Shown piece after piece: positions 19,411-27,792 of a stretch of 64,000 nt of DNA. The stretch's first letter is position 1, and each line of letters starts with the position of its first letter. The notes below the pieces were generated by a model, which was not told the DNA's origin, ran no database searches, and saw only the letters and a list, made by a program, of their open reading frames with translations. A program made the position numbers and the translations under genes. Origin of the DNA: an uncultured virus (IMG/VR IMGVR_UViG_3300035424_000304) (taxonomy: Duplodnaviria > Heunggongvirae > Uroviricota > Caudoviricetes); the IMG/VR virus record IMGVR_UViG_3300035424_000304; one strand, written 5' to 3'.

Positions 19411-19914
19411 AGTAATCTCCCATTATTCTTTAATAATCAGCTTATCCAGGCCAAAGAGCGCCGATGTATATTTTTTGACCTTGTACAGACTCTTGCTAGG
19501 ATTGGACTGTTTGATTATATAATCCTCTTATTCTAAAAACCCTTTTTACATTATATCTTTTTTTGCGCCTCTATGCAACAGAAACCATGCATAGTCGGGA
19601 AGGTTTTAAAGTCTTGGCTATTACTATCTGAACAAGGAGCAGATGAACCATGACAGGCGAGGACTGTGTGCCAAGCTGTGCCAACGCATGACCACCAAGC
19701 AAGAGTTTAGTCGAAACTGGTTGCAGGGTCAGACTCCTGCCGGCATTCTGGACACGCCGTCGAGCGCAGCATTCAGGGGGCATTAGACTGTGTGGATGTG
19801 AGCTTCCAATACACATGCCCAAAAGAGTAATTGTCTGTAAGGACATATATCTTCTTGTTTTTCTCCTTTAGTCATGTTATACTCAAAGACAGCTTGTCCG
19901 GTTAGGAGGCCCAT

Positions 19915-20964
19915 ATGGATATTTTTCGTGACGAAATCCTGTCTGATCTTCTATTTGCTCCTGAATATCTCCCTGATGTCCTCCAGTGGTTGAAAAAGCA
20001 GCCAACGGAGAATGGGCATATAAGTGTAGAGAGTGTCGGGAAGATATTAGATATTCTCAGTTACCCCTGTTGGAAGAAATTTTTTCAAGCATACACCAGG
20101 CCATGTGAGTTATCGGACGAAGACCTCGTTGCTGCGGAATATAAATTGCTTACAGAGACAGGGCTTGCTCGGATAGAGTCAGTGAAAATATTGGGTGAAA
20201 TGCGGAAGAGTTACAATCTTTTCATGACAGAAACCGCCAAACAAATAATTTCCGTGCAAGATCCGTATCAAGTGGATCGGGAGAAGCGCAGAAGGAGTTT
20301 GATTCACCTGATTGCTGTTGCTGCGGTCAATGTATATGGTGTCATTGAGAAGGATTTGTTTATCAACCTATTTAACCACTATAGTGAGAGTCCGGCAAGA
20401 ACAGAATGTTCCAGTGAATTGGCTTCGTTTGATCCTTTGTCGCCGGACGAGCTGGAATCTGCGTTGTCTCCCTATACAGAACTTCATGTGGATGTTCTTC
20501 TGGCGGGGAACCATCTGATGAACCGCCTTATAGGCGGCCCAGAAGATATTCCCCTATTCCTCTCGAACGTCTCTTCGGACAAATATTATCCCTTTGCCAT
20601 GGAACCCCTTCTGAAATATGCAAATCCGGAGTATTTTGAAATGACGCCGGAGATTGCCAACTTTTTATGGCAAATAGAGGAGAATTTTCCTGATATAACA
20701 GATGGAGAGAAGCATCTGCTTCAACTCCTTTTCTCTCCCAGCTACCTCTCTGACTGGTCCCAGATGATTGAAGTGGAGCTATGCCCCATGCTAAAACCGC
20801 TGTCCGAGGAAACCCAGAGGGAGATTGCCGAGGCATTTGTAAGGGCGAAGCGGTCAGCTCGCTGCTGGAAATTGAGAGGTTACTCCGAAGAGGAGACATC
20901 CCTGGGAGGAGAGATGATTGAGGAGGACGTGAGGAAGTTTTTGAGGGTACTAGAGGAGTGTTGA
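19915..20964 (+). CDS. hypothetical protein
   Basis: 349-aa ORF, RBS AGGAGG, terminator downstream. Confidence 0.7.
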   Translation: MDIFRDEILSDLLFAPEYLPDVLQWLKKQPTENGHISVESVGKILDILSYPCWKKFFQAYTRPCELSDEDLVAAEYKLLTETGLARIESVKILGEMRKSYNLFMTETAKQIISVQDPYQVDREKRRRSLIHLIAVAAVNVYGVIEKDLFINLFNHYSESPARTECSSELASFDPLSPDELESALSPYTELHVDVLLAGNHLMNRLIGGPEDIPLFLSNVSSDKYYPFAMEPLLKYANPEYFEMTPEIANFLWQIEENFPDITDGEKHLLQLLFSPSYLSDWSQMIEVELCPMLKPLSEETQREIAEAFVRAKRSARCWKLRGYSEEETSLGGEMIEEDVRKFLRVLEEC

Positions 20965-20978
20965 CTAAAAAAATAAGG

Positions 20979-21013
20979 GGAGAGTCAGGAAAATTCCTGA
21001 CTCTCTATTTTTT
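20979..21013 (+). terminator. intrinsic terminator
   Basis: GAGAGTCAGGAA-AA-TTCCTGACTCTC followed by TATTTTTT. Confidence 0.75.
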
Positions 21014-21106
21014 GTATTTTTGACTCCAATTTGATATTTTTCAGAACCATCGCATAACATGCTGCGATCTCCTCCCAAAAAAGTTAAATGAAGAAAGGTG
21101 TATATT

Positions 21107-22000
21107 ATGAAGATTCAATCGCTTTCCGTCGTTGTTCCCAACAAAAAATGCATCAATGACTGCCAGTTCTGTGTCAGCAAGATGCATACTGACCAGTATA
21201 AGAATCAAATGGACGACAATCTGCCGTTCTTTGACCTGTACTTGAAGGACTATCTGGAACGACTGGAGTTCGCCCGGCACAATGGCTGTAATACTGTCAT
21301 GCTGACCGGAAATTCCGAGCCGCAGCAGAACCGGAAATTCCTGACCTATTTCGGCATGTTCATGCAGATGATGCGCGACCCCTTCCAGTGGATTGAGATG
21401 CAAACTACCGGGGCTGGCATCGACCGAAACTATCTCCGGTTCCTCCGCAACCATGTCAGGATAAGTCTGATTTCCCTCTCGATTTCCTCACTGAGTTCAT
21501 CCCGTAATGCGGAGATTATTGGCTGTCCGAAAAACATGGTTCCTAATCTTGCAGACCTTTCCAGGGGTATCAAGGAGTACGACTTCTCCCTGCGGTTCAG
21601 CTTGAACCTGACCGATGAGTTCGACAAGTTTGCTGACGATCCGGAGGCGCTGTTTAACTGCTGCAAATCCCTTTGTGCTGATCAAGTCACTCTGCGCGTC
21701 CTCTACTCTTCCTCCCAGACCACTCCCCAGGGGCAGTGGATTCGCGATCATGCTGCCAGCCCCCAGACCATCCAGGCCATCACCCAGCATGTTCTCACGC
21801 ATGGAGAACTTCTGGGGACGCTGCCGTATGGTGCGAAGAAATACAGCCTGAACGGGATGTCTGTTGTAGTGGACGCTGACTGTATGGCGAAGGACGGAGA
21901 AAAAAGGGAGATGTCCGAAGAGACATACAAGTATCTTGTCTTGCAGCCTAACTGCAAGCTGTATTCGCAGTGGGATGATCCTGCGAGCCTGGTTTTTTAG
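21107..22000 (+). CDS. radical SAM protein
   Basis: CINDCQFC (CxxxCxxC) near the N-terminus and LTGNSEP motif. Confidence 0.85.
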   Translation: MKIQSLSVVVPNKKCINDCQFCVSKMHTDQYKNQMDDNLPFFDLYLKDYLERLEFARHNGCNTVMLTGNSEPQQNRKFLTYFGMFMQMMRDPFQWIEMQTTGAGIDRNYLRFLRNHVRISLISLSISSLSSSRNAEIIGCPKNMVPNLADLSRGIKEYDFSLRFSLNLTDEFDKFADDPEALFNCCKSLCADQVTLRVLYSSSQTTPQGQWIRDHAASPQTIQAITQHVLTHGELLGTLPYGAKKYSLNGMSVVVDADCMAKDGEKREMSEETYKYLVLQPNCKLYSQWDDPASLVF

Positions 22001-22073
22001 TGTAGGCTGGACATCCAACAACACGGAATGAGAGTTGTTCTGGTCTGTAGGGAGCAGCAAAATGGGGGATCTG

Positions 22074-22111
22074 CTGACTGCTCCCACCCCGTAAGGGGTG
22101 GGAGCAGTCAG
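22074..22111. repeat. perfect 17-bp palindrome derived from the IS200/IS605 end hairpin (REP/PATE-like)
   Basis: CTGACTGCTCCCACCCC-GTAA-GGGGTGGGAGCAGTCAG; the left arm is identical to 16048-16064. Confidence 0.75.
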
Positions 22112-22370
22112 ATACATTCTATGCGAATCTCAAAAAAAACGAAAGAAAGACCCCCCTCTCTGCAATTTGCAGAAAGGGGGACGCCTTATTGGGTTAGAAT
22201 GTTACAAAAGAACCTGCGTGATATGTGGACTCGTCGATCTCATTCTGGTTGTTTTCGAGGGCCTCTTCGAGTCCGTACCCGATGCGGTCCAGCATGCTGC
22301 CATCAAAGTCATCCCGCCATTTGATGATCATGTTGTCTTGGATTTTAAGCATGAAGACCTCCTTTTGTGG

Positions 22371-22850
22371 TTAGCAGAATGTCGTCCCAGAAATGCTGAC
22401 CAAGTGGCCCCACCAGTCAAAATCCTCAGAAAGTCCAAGTTGCGACAAGGTGGCATTTTCCTTGAATTCGTCCAGAAGCTCTTCCGGTGAGGCATACGCC
22501 ATCTTGAACATCTCTGTTGCACGGGCAGCCGGAATGAAGCGGATCATGTCATCGGAATAACACTCCTCGATTGGATTTACTGCCTTTTCCGGGTACAGGG
22601 TTGTGATTTCCCCGTCAAATGCGGATGCAAAGCACCCATCCTCAACATCCTCCAGCCAGTCCAGGTCGTAATAGTCCTCCGGCAAACTGCCATCCCGAGC
22701 TGCTTTCGCAAATTCGCTCGGGGAGAGGGCTGCGACAGAATCAGGGACACAGTTGTCTGCCCGATCTGACGCCAGGGCAACATATGCGGCGATTTCCGTG
22801 TCCAGCAGGAATGCCGCATCCTCGACCATAGGATAATCTCTCGTTGACAT
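22371..22850 (-). CDS. acidic hypothetical protein
   Basis: 159-aa ORF, RBS AAGGAGG. Confidence 0.65.
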   Translation of the reverse strand: MSTRDYPMVEDAAFLLDTEIAAYVALASDRADNCVPDSVAALSPSEFAKAARDGSLPEDYYDLDWLEDVEDGCFASAFDGEITTLYPEKAVNPIEECYSDDMIRFIPAARATEMFKMAYASPEELLDEFKENATLSQLGLSEDFDWWGHLVSISGTTFC

Positions 22851-22863
22851 TGTTCTGTCCTCC

Positions 22864-24021
22864 TTAAAATTTTCTGATCAGAGACACCAGTCGGCTTTTG
22901 GCTGCCGCATTGATCTCATTGACCTTTGCCGCTATCTCACAAACCTCCTCATAGGAGAAGTGAGAAAGTATATCCAGGTATTCGGGGTTCACCTGAATTG
23001 CTTCGATCCGCCGGCCCGGCACGCAATATTGGGTAAGGAATCCCTTTTTGCACGCCGTGTCAATGGTCTCGTTCCAGAACTTGCACGATGGCGTCCAGTC
23101 AATTCCCTGGATGCTCCAAATGGAGCTGCTGTCGTCGAACTTCTTCAGGATTGCATCCAGATCTACTTCCATTCCCCATGCATCCTCCAGGTAGAGCTGG
23201 GTTAAGGAACATTTGCGCTCAACATACCGCTTTACATCCTGTTCGACCGTCTTCTCGTAGGCTGCACCCTCCCAGATATGCTGATCGGGAGCCCAGTCAT
23301 ATGTGACTTCTGTAATGCGAAGGAAGCACTTCTTCTTCGTCTCAATAGAAGGATGGTCTTCGATTGCAAGGTAGCGGCCTCGCCCGGGGTGATTGATGAA
23401 GAAAACCTGGGTATCAGAGTCCTTCTTTTCCCAGGCCCAATCTAGGAACTTTTTCATGTCCGGCATCTTGTAGGGGACCATTTTCCCAGTCAGAAAACCA
23501 TAGGTGTCAAATTCCTTGGAGATGGACACGATAGCCTCGCCCATATCCGCTCCGACGAAGGAGCGGTCAGGAAAAAACATCTTTCCCTTGTGTCCGGTTC
23601 CTTCCCACTCTGGATGTGCATTGACCCGGGCGAAGGGGCGTCCTTTGTCATCCAGATTAAAATACACCTGGAATTCATTCTCCAGAGGTTCAATCTGCTC
23701 CGTATTGAGATATCCCCGCTGCAAGTCTACATGGCTGAATTTGAGGCGAGCAGCGGCTTCCAAAGCTTCTTCCGAAGTCAGGAACCAACTGGTGAACCCG
23801 TCTCCGTCTGCGTTGCAGGCGCGCCGTAGGACATCCTCAGACGTGGGTTGTGTACCGGTGTACAGAATGCGCTCTTCCTTTATGGAGCAACCTCTGTAAT
23901 AGGTCCTCAACACGTCGCAGGCCCAGCCGCGGCAAATATAGACGGTATTGCTTCCAGATTGGCAGCCATCATACTCGGCATCGACAATGCGGTACACCTT
24001 TAGTTCTTTGATTTTTTCCAT
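22864..24021 (-). CDS. hypothetical protein
   Basis: About 385 aa; AAGGAG RBS before MEKIKE; motif promoter at 24071-24094. Confidence 0.7.
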   Translation of the reverse strand: MEKIKELKVYRIVDAEYDGCQSGSNTVYICRGWACDVLRTYYRGCSIKEERILYTGTQPTSEDVLRRACNADGDGFTSWFLTSEEALEAAARLKFSHVDLQRGYLNTEQIEPLENEFQVYFNLDDKGRPFARVNAHPEWEGTGHKGKMFFPDRSFVGADMGEAIVSISKEFDTYGFLTGKMVPYKMPDMKKFLDWAWEKKDSDTQVFFINHPGRGRYLAIEDHPSIETKKKCFLRITEVTYDWAPDQHIWEGAAYEKTVEQDVKRYVERKCSLTQLYLEDAWGMEVDLDAILKKFDDSSSIWSIQGIDWTPSCKFWNETIDTACKKGFLTQYCVPGRRIEAIQVNPEYLDILSHFSYEEVCEIAAKVNEINAAAKSRLVSLIRKF

Positions 24022-24385
24022 CTTCACTTTCTCCTTTTTTTGTAGCCTTTGGGGGTTCGTTAATTCTTTATATGAAAACACTGAAAAAAATATAAAGTCT
24101 ACTTGATATTTTCCGGCGAGACGCTTTTACTGCCGGCACGAGAGATGTTTTTGTAGGAAGAACTTTTGAGAATATTTGATATTTTTTGGTGAGAATACAT
24201 AACATTTCTGTTATCAACACCCTCCACTAAATCAAAGATTTGGCGGCGGGTATCTTTACTGTATCTTTATCCTCCTATGGCGTGGATAAAATACTAACAA
24301 CTTTCTTCTTTATAGAAATTGGTATATTTGCATACCATAGCTCAACCCAAATACAAAAGGTTTGTTTCAAAGGAGAAAAAACACA

Positions 24386-25873
24386 ATGAAGACGAACAAA
24401 TTCAATCCCGTCCTGGAGACAATTCCCAACAAAAGCTCCTACTCCCCATCCGCCCTGTTTGGGCACTCCATCCGGATGATGCTCGACAATTCTGCCAATG
24501 CGGAAGTGCAGTTTCAAGAGCCGAAGGATGGTGGGGTGCTTGACGTTGTGATTTCTTGCTCTGAGGGGTCTCGATGTCAGGTAGTGTGTCATATCCAAAA
24601 GGACTCCCTGAACATTGATTTTTCCGCCGCTGATGAAAAGGCACCGGCCTCAAAGGCTCAGTTTCCTGCGCCCGTCCTTCGTCCTGAAGAACTTAAATCT
24701 GTCCGTATCCCGACCGACGAAGAATGGGATGCGTTCATGGATGTTACCGGTGAAAACAATGACTTAGCCAATTGGAAAAACATCTATTCCTGGACTCTTG
24801 GCGTCGGTAAATTGGCGTCGAATCGTGCGGTTCGGGGGTATCGCTTGGCCCGCAGCTGGGGCGGCTACAATGCAACGAATCGGCACGTGAGCGTCGGTTT
24901 TCGCCCCGCCTTTGAACCTCTGAATCCTGACAGTCTGGTAAGCGGACAGCGGGTTGTTGTCGGCACATTGTATATGGATGGAAAGCCTGTCGCTGTCCCT
25001 AAGAATCCAGTGTGTGACGGAGACATTTTGAACTACATTCCTGGTGCCACGTTGGAGATGCGGGAGGCGTTGGACGATCCAGATTTCCAGGTGCAGACCA
25101 TCAAGGTAGGGGATATTCTCGTTTGCGACAGAAACCTGCTGAAGATGATTTCCTGGACCGACATCGAGGACCAGGGCTTCTGCCCTGGACATCCCCAAAA
25201 ACTTTGCCCTGAAGACATCAAGACTGTCCGTATCCCGACCGACGAAGAATGGGATGCGTTCATGGATGTTACCGGCGAAAACAATGACTTAGCCAATTGG
25301 AAAGATATGTTTTCCTGGACTCTTGGCGTCGGTAAATTGGCGTCGAATCGTGCGGTTCGCGGCTGGATGTCGGCCCGCCGCTGGCTCAACAACAATGCCA
25401 CGTATCGGAACGTGGGCGTCGGTTTTCGCCCCGCCTTTGAACCTCTGAATCCTGACAGTCTGGTAAGCGGACAGCGGGTTGTTGTCGGCACATTGTATAT
25501 GGATGGAAAGCCTGTCGCTGTCCCTAAGAATCCAGTGTGTGACGGAGACATTTTGAACTACATTCCTGGTGCCACGTTGGAGATGCGGGAGGCGTTGGAC
25601 GATCCAGATTTCCAGGTGCAGGCCATCAAGGTAGGGGATATTCTCGTTTGCGACAGAAACCTGCTGAAGATGATTTCCTGGATCGACATCGAGAACCAGG
25701 GCTTCTACCCTGGTGGCGTTGCCGATGACTGCAAATATTGCTCTGGTAAGACCCGCATGTCCTTCCGGTGTGATGTCCGGACTCTCCGGGATGATGGTAT
25801 TGTCGAGGATATCCCTGTTCCGTCTATCCGCTGTCCTTACTGTGGCAGGATTCTGGAAAAGGGCGTGAGCTGA
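24386..25873 (+). CDS. DGR-type target protein with two tandem CLec/FGE-like units and a C-terminal zinc ribbon
   Basis: RIPT.EEWD...W....RAVRG...AR.W...NAT.R.V.VGFRP occurs twice; CKYC/CPYC at the C-terminus. Confidence 0.7.
   Translation: MKTNKFNPVLETIPNKSSYSPSALFGHSIRMMLDNSANAEVQFQEPKDGGVLDVVISCSEGSRCQVVCHIQKDSLNIDFSAADEKAPASKAQFPAPVLRPEELKSVRIPTDEEWDAFMDVTGENNDLANWKNIYSWTLGVGKLASNRAVRGYRLARSWGGYNATNRHVSVGFRPAFEPLNPDSLVSGQRVVVGTLYMDGKPVAVPKNPVCDGDILNYIPGATLEMREALDDPDFQVQTIKVGDILVCDRNLLKMISWTDIEDQGFCPGHPQKLCPEDIKTVRIPTDEEWDAFMDVTGENNDLANWKDMFSWTLGVGKLASNRAVRGWMSARRWLNNNATYRNVGVGFRPAFEPLNPDSLVSGQRVVVGTLYMDGKPVAVPKNPVCDGDILNYIPGATLEMREALDDPDFQVQAIKVGDILVCDRNLLKMISWIDIENQGFYPGGVADDCKYCSGKTRMSFRCDVRTLRDDGIVEDIPVPSIRCPYCGRILEKGVS
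24699..25713 (+). repeat. intragenic direct repeat, 2 x 490 bp with a 525-bp period (24699-25188 / 25224-25713)
   Basis: By manual alignment, about 9 mismatches outside and 18 mismatches inside a 60-nt block (24833-24892 / 25358-25417). Confidence 0.9.
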
Positions 25874-26271
25874 TGTCTACGGTCTACATTGAAATCGATG
25901 AACTTGCGGTGAACGCACTGGTTGCTGCGCAGAAGTACGGGCGGAATTTCGTATCCTACAAACTGATGGAAGACTACGGATTTCGTGTTGTTGAAATCCT
26001 GCACAATAAAGGTGTCACCGCCATCCTGCTGCTCTCCAGAGACCGTGCCAACGAGATGCTTCAGCGTAAGGCCGACTTGTTCGAGGAGCAGACGGTCGAT
26101 GGGGAGAGGGGAATTTCCCTCCGAAACGGGAAGACAATCCACAATCTGATTGATCGACACATGGAACACCAGTCGCTTAGATTCCTGATGGCGTTCCGCG
26201 ACGTCCGGGCGATGTCTGTGTTCGAGAATGCGCAGGAATGCGCAGGAGGCAAAATGTCCACCGGACATTAA
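25873..26271 (+). CDS. hypothetical protein
   Basis: 132 aa, translationally coupled (TGATG) to the upstream gene. Confidence 0.65.
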   Translation: MSTVYIEIDELAVNALVAAQKYGRNFVSYKLMEDYGFRVVEILHNKGVTAILLLSRDRANEMLQRKADLFEEQTVDGERGISLRNGKTIHNLIDRHMEHQSLRFLMAFRDVRAMSVFENAQECAGGKMSTGH

Positions 26272-26533
26272 AATCATCTGATTAGAAGAGCAGTTTTGGA
26301 AACCCAGACTGCTCTTTTTTAGACGTCGAATCTTTGTAGCGAATAGCGGCCCGGGGTGCCGTTGCTGCCGGCATGAGAAGTTTTCAACGGCAGAAGTTTT
26401 TGAAAATATTCGATATTTTCTAGGGAAAAAGCATACTATAGACAAATGCGCCGTAAATCCAACCTCCGTTAGGCGCATAGTAACTCAAAATAGACCCAGA
26501 CAAAGGGTGAACACAAAAAAGGAGCCAATTTTT

Positions 26534-26728
26534 ATGAAAAGATATATTGATACCTATTATGATTTGACCTGCAGCGTTTGTGCAAAATCTCGTAGCACTG
26601 ACTATGAGATGGGAATGGAGACTAGAAAGGATATACTGCTCAAGCACGCTCATTCTGAGGGCTGGCAATGCATCGATAAGCTTCTCTGTCCGGATTGCGT
26701 CCGCCGAAAGAGAGAGGGGGAGTGCTGA
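26534..26728 (+). CDS. small zinc-binding protein
   Basis: CSVC...CPDC; RBS AAGGAG. Confidence 0.55.
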   Translation: MKRYIDTYYDLTCSVCAKSRSTDYEMGMETRKDILLKHAHSEGWQCIDKLLCPDCVRRKREGEC

Positions 26729-27019
26729 TGCGCAAACTCAGCCTCATTCTCCCCTTCATTCTTCTCCTTGCGCTCTCCTCCTGTGCGGGGCCGGTGGTGA
26801 TGGATAAAGTCTTTGTGCAACATTGTATTGGATGAGCATTTCTTTTTCAGAAAAACTATGGTACAATGGTTGAGTCCGGAACGCCTGTCGTAACAGTCAA
26901 ATGAGCGATCTGTGCCATTTCCTGGATGTTTTCGGGAACTGGCAGAGGAGTGAATAAGACGAGTGCAAATCTGCCATAGTTGACGGAACTTTCAATCTAA
27001 AAAAAGGGGTAATTTTATC

Positions 27020-27247
27020 ATGAAGAAGAGTGAAGTTAAGATTGGCGGTATCTATTCCAATGGGAAGGGCCGTATTCGCAAGGTGGTCGACATAGGGCCG
27101 CAATATAAGCTCTATGATGAGCAGGAATGCCTTGAAAATTTGCGATATGAAATTGTTCATGACGGCTCAAAGAATAATTGTACCGCTGGTGAGCAAGGTA
27201 ATATGACCGTAGCCTCTTTTGCCGCATGGGCAAAGGAGAGAATTTAG
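27020..27247 (+). CDS. small hypothetical protein
   Basis: 75 aa; followed by terminator CCCTTGGAAGGA..TCCTTCCAAGGG plus T-run. Confidence 0.6.
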   Translation: MKKSEVKIGGIYSNGKGRIRKVVDIGPQYKLYDEQECLENLRYEIVHDGSKNNCTAGEQGNMTVASFAAWAKERI

Positions 27248-27363
27248 CCAGAATTTAACCCTTGGAAGGATTCATCCTTCCAAGGGCCTTTTTTTGCTAT
27301 TGGAGATTTGTGATGGGACAGATAGATAGCTCAGGACGATCTCTTGCGGACACAGAATACTTT

Positions 27364-27535
27364 GTGAGCCACCCTGCGGCTAAAGCCGGGGACTTCGGGA
27401 TCAAGTCCCTCTTCTTCTTTCCACTCGACGGTACGTTAGCCACGATTTTCGACCGTGCGACCTAGAATGACAGGCATTAAAAGGGGTTCTATGTTTCCAA
27501 CAAATTGTGTAAACATACGTGGCTATCTAGTCACA
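27364..27535 (-). mobile_element. orphan IS200/IS605 right end / omegaRNA-like remnant without tnpB
   Basis: Minus strand ends GAAGTCCCCGGCTTTAGCCGCAGGGTGGCTCAC, a typical IS605-group right-end hairpin plus TCAC; upstream boundary is approximate. Confidence 0.55.
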
Positions 27536-27792
27536 AAATGTTCGAGAATCATGATTTTGGAAAATTCCTGAATCCATTCGATATTTTCCCAACCAAACGC
27601 ATAATATCGAGAGACTAACAAACCGTATCTCCTGCCTCAAAAGACCTCCGCCCAGTCTTATATGTCTGTAGGGACATTGATGGGAGGAGGGCGGGGGCGG
27701 AAGGAGTAGAAAGGAAGGAAAAACATGAAACACAAGAATGTTGCGAGAAGCCTGAGAGAACAAGGATACCTATGGGAGAAGGGCGGTGACTT

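Noticed and set aside
19571..19846. Possible ncRNA (6S-like) or small ORF in the 19.4-19.9 kb gap
   Set aside because: No convincing long rod structure, family motif or well-supported ORF
21107..22000. Radical SAM protein as the NrdG activase
   Set aside because: Longer than NrdG, lacks its typical N-terminal motif and lies 36 kb from nrdD
24100..27000. Complete DGR cassette (RT, Avd, TR)
   Set aside because: No reverse-transcriptase motifs in any ORF and no third A-rich copy of the VR found by eye
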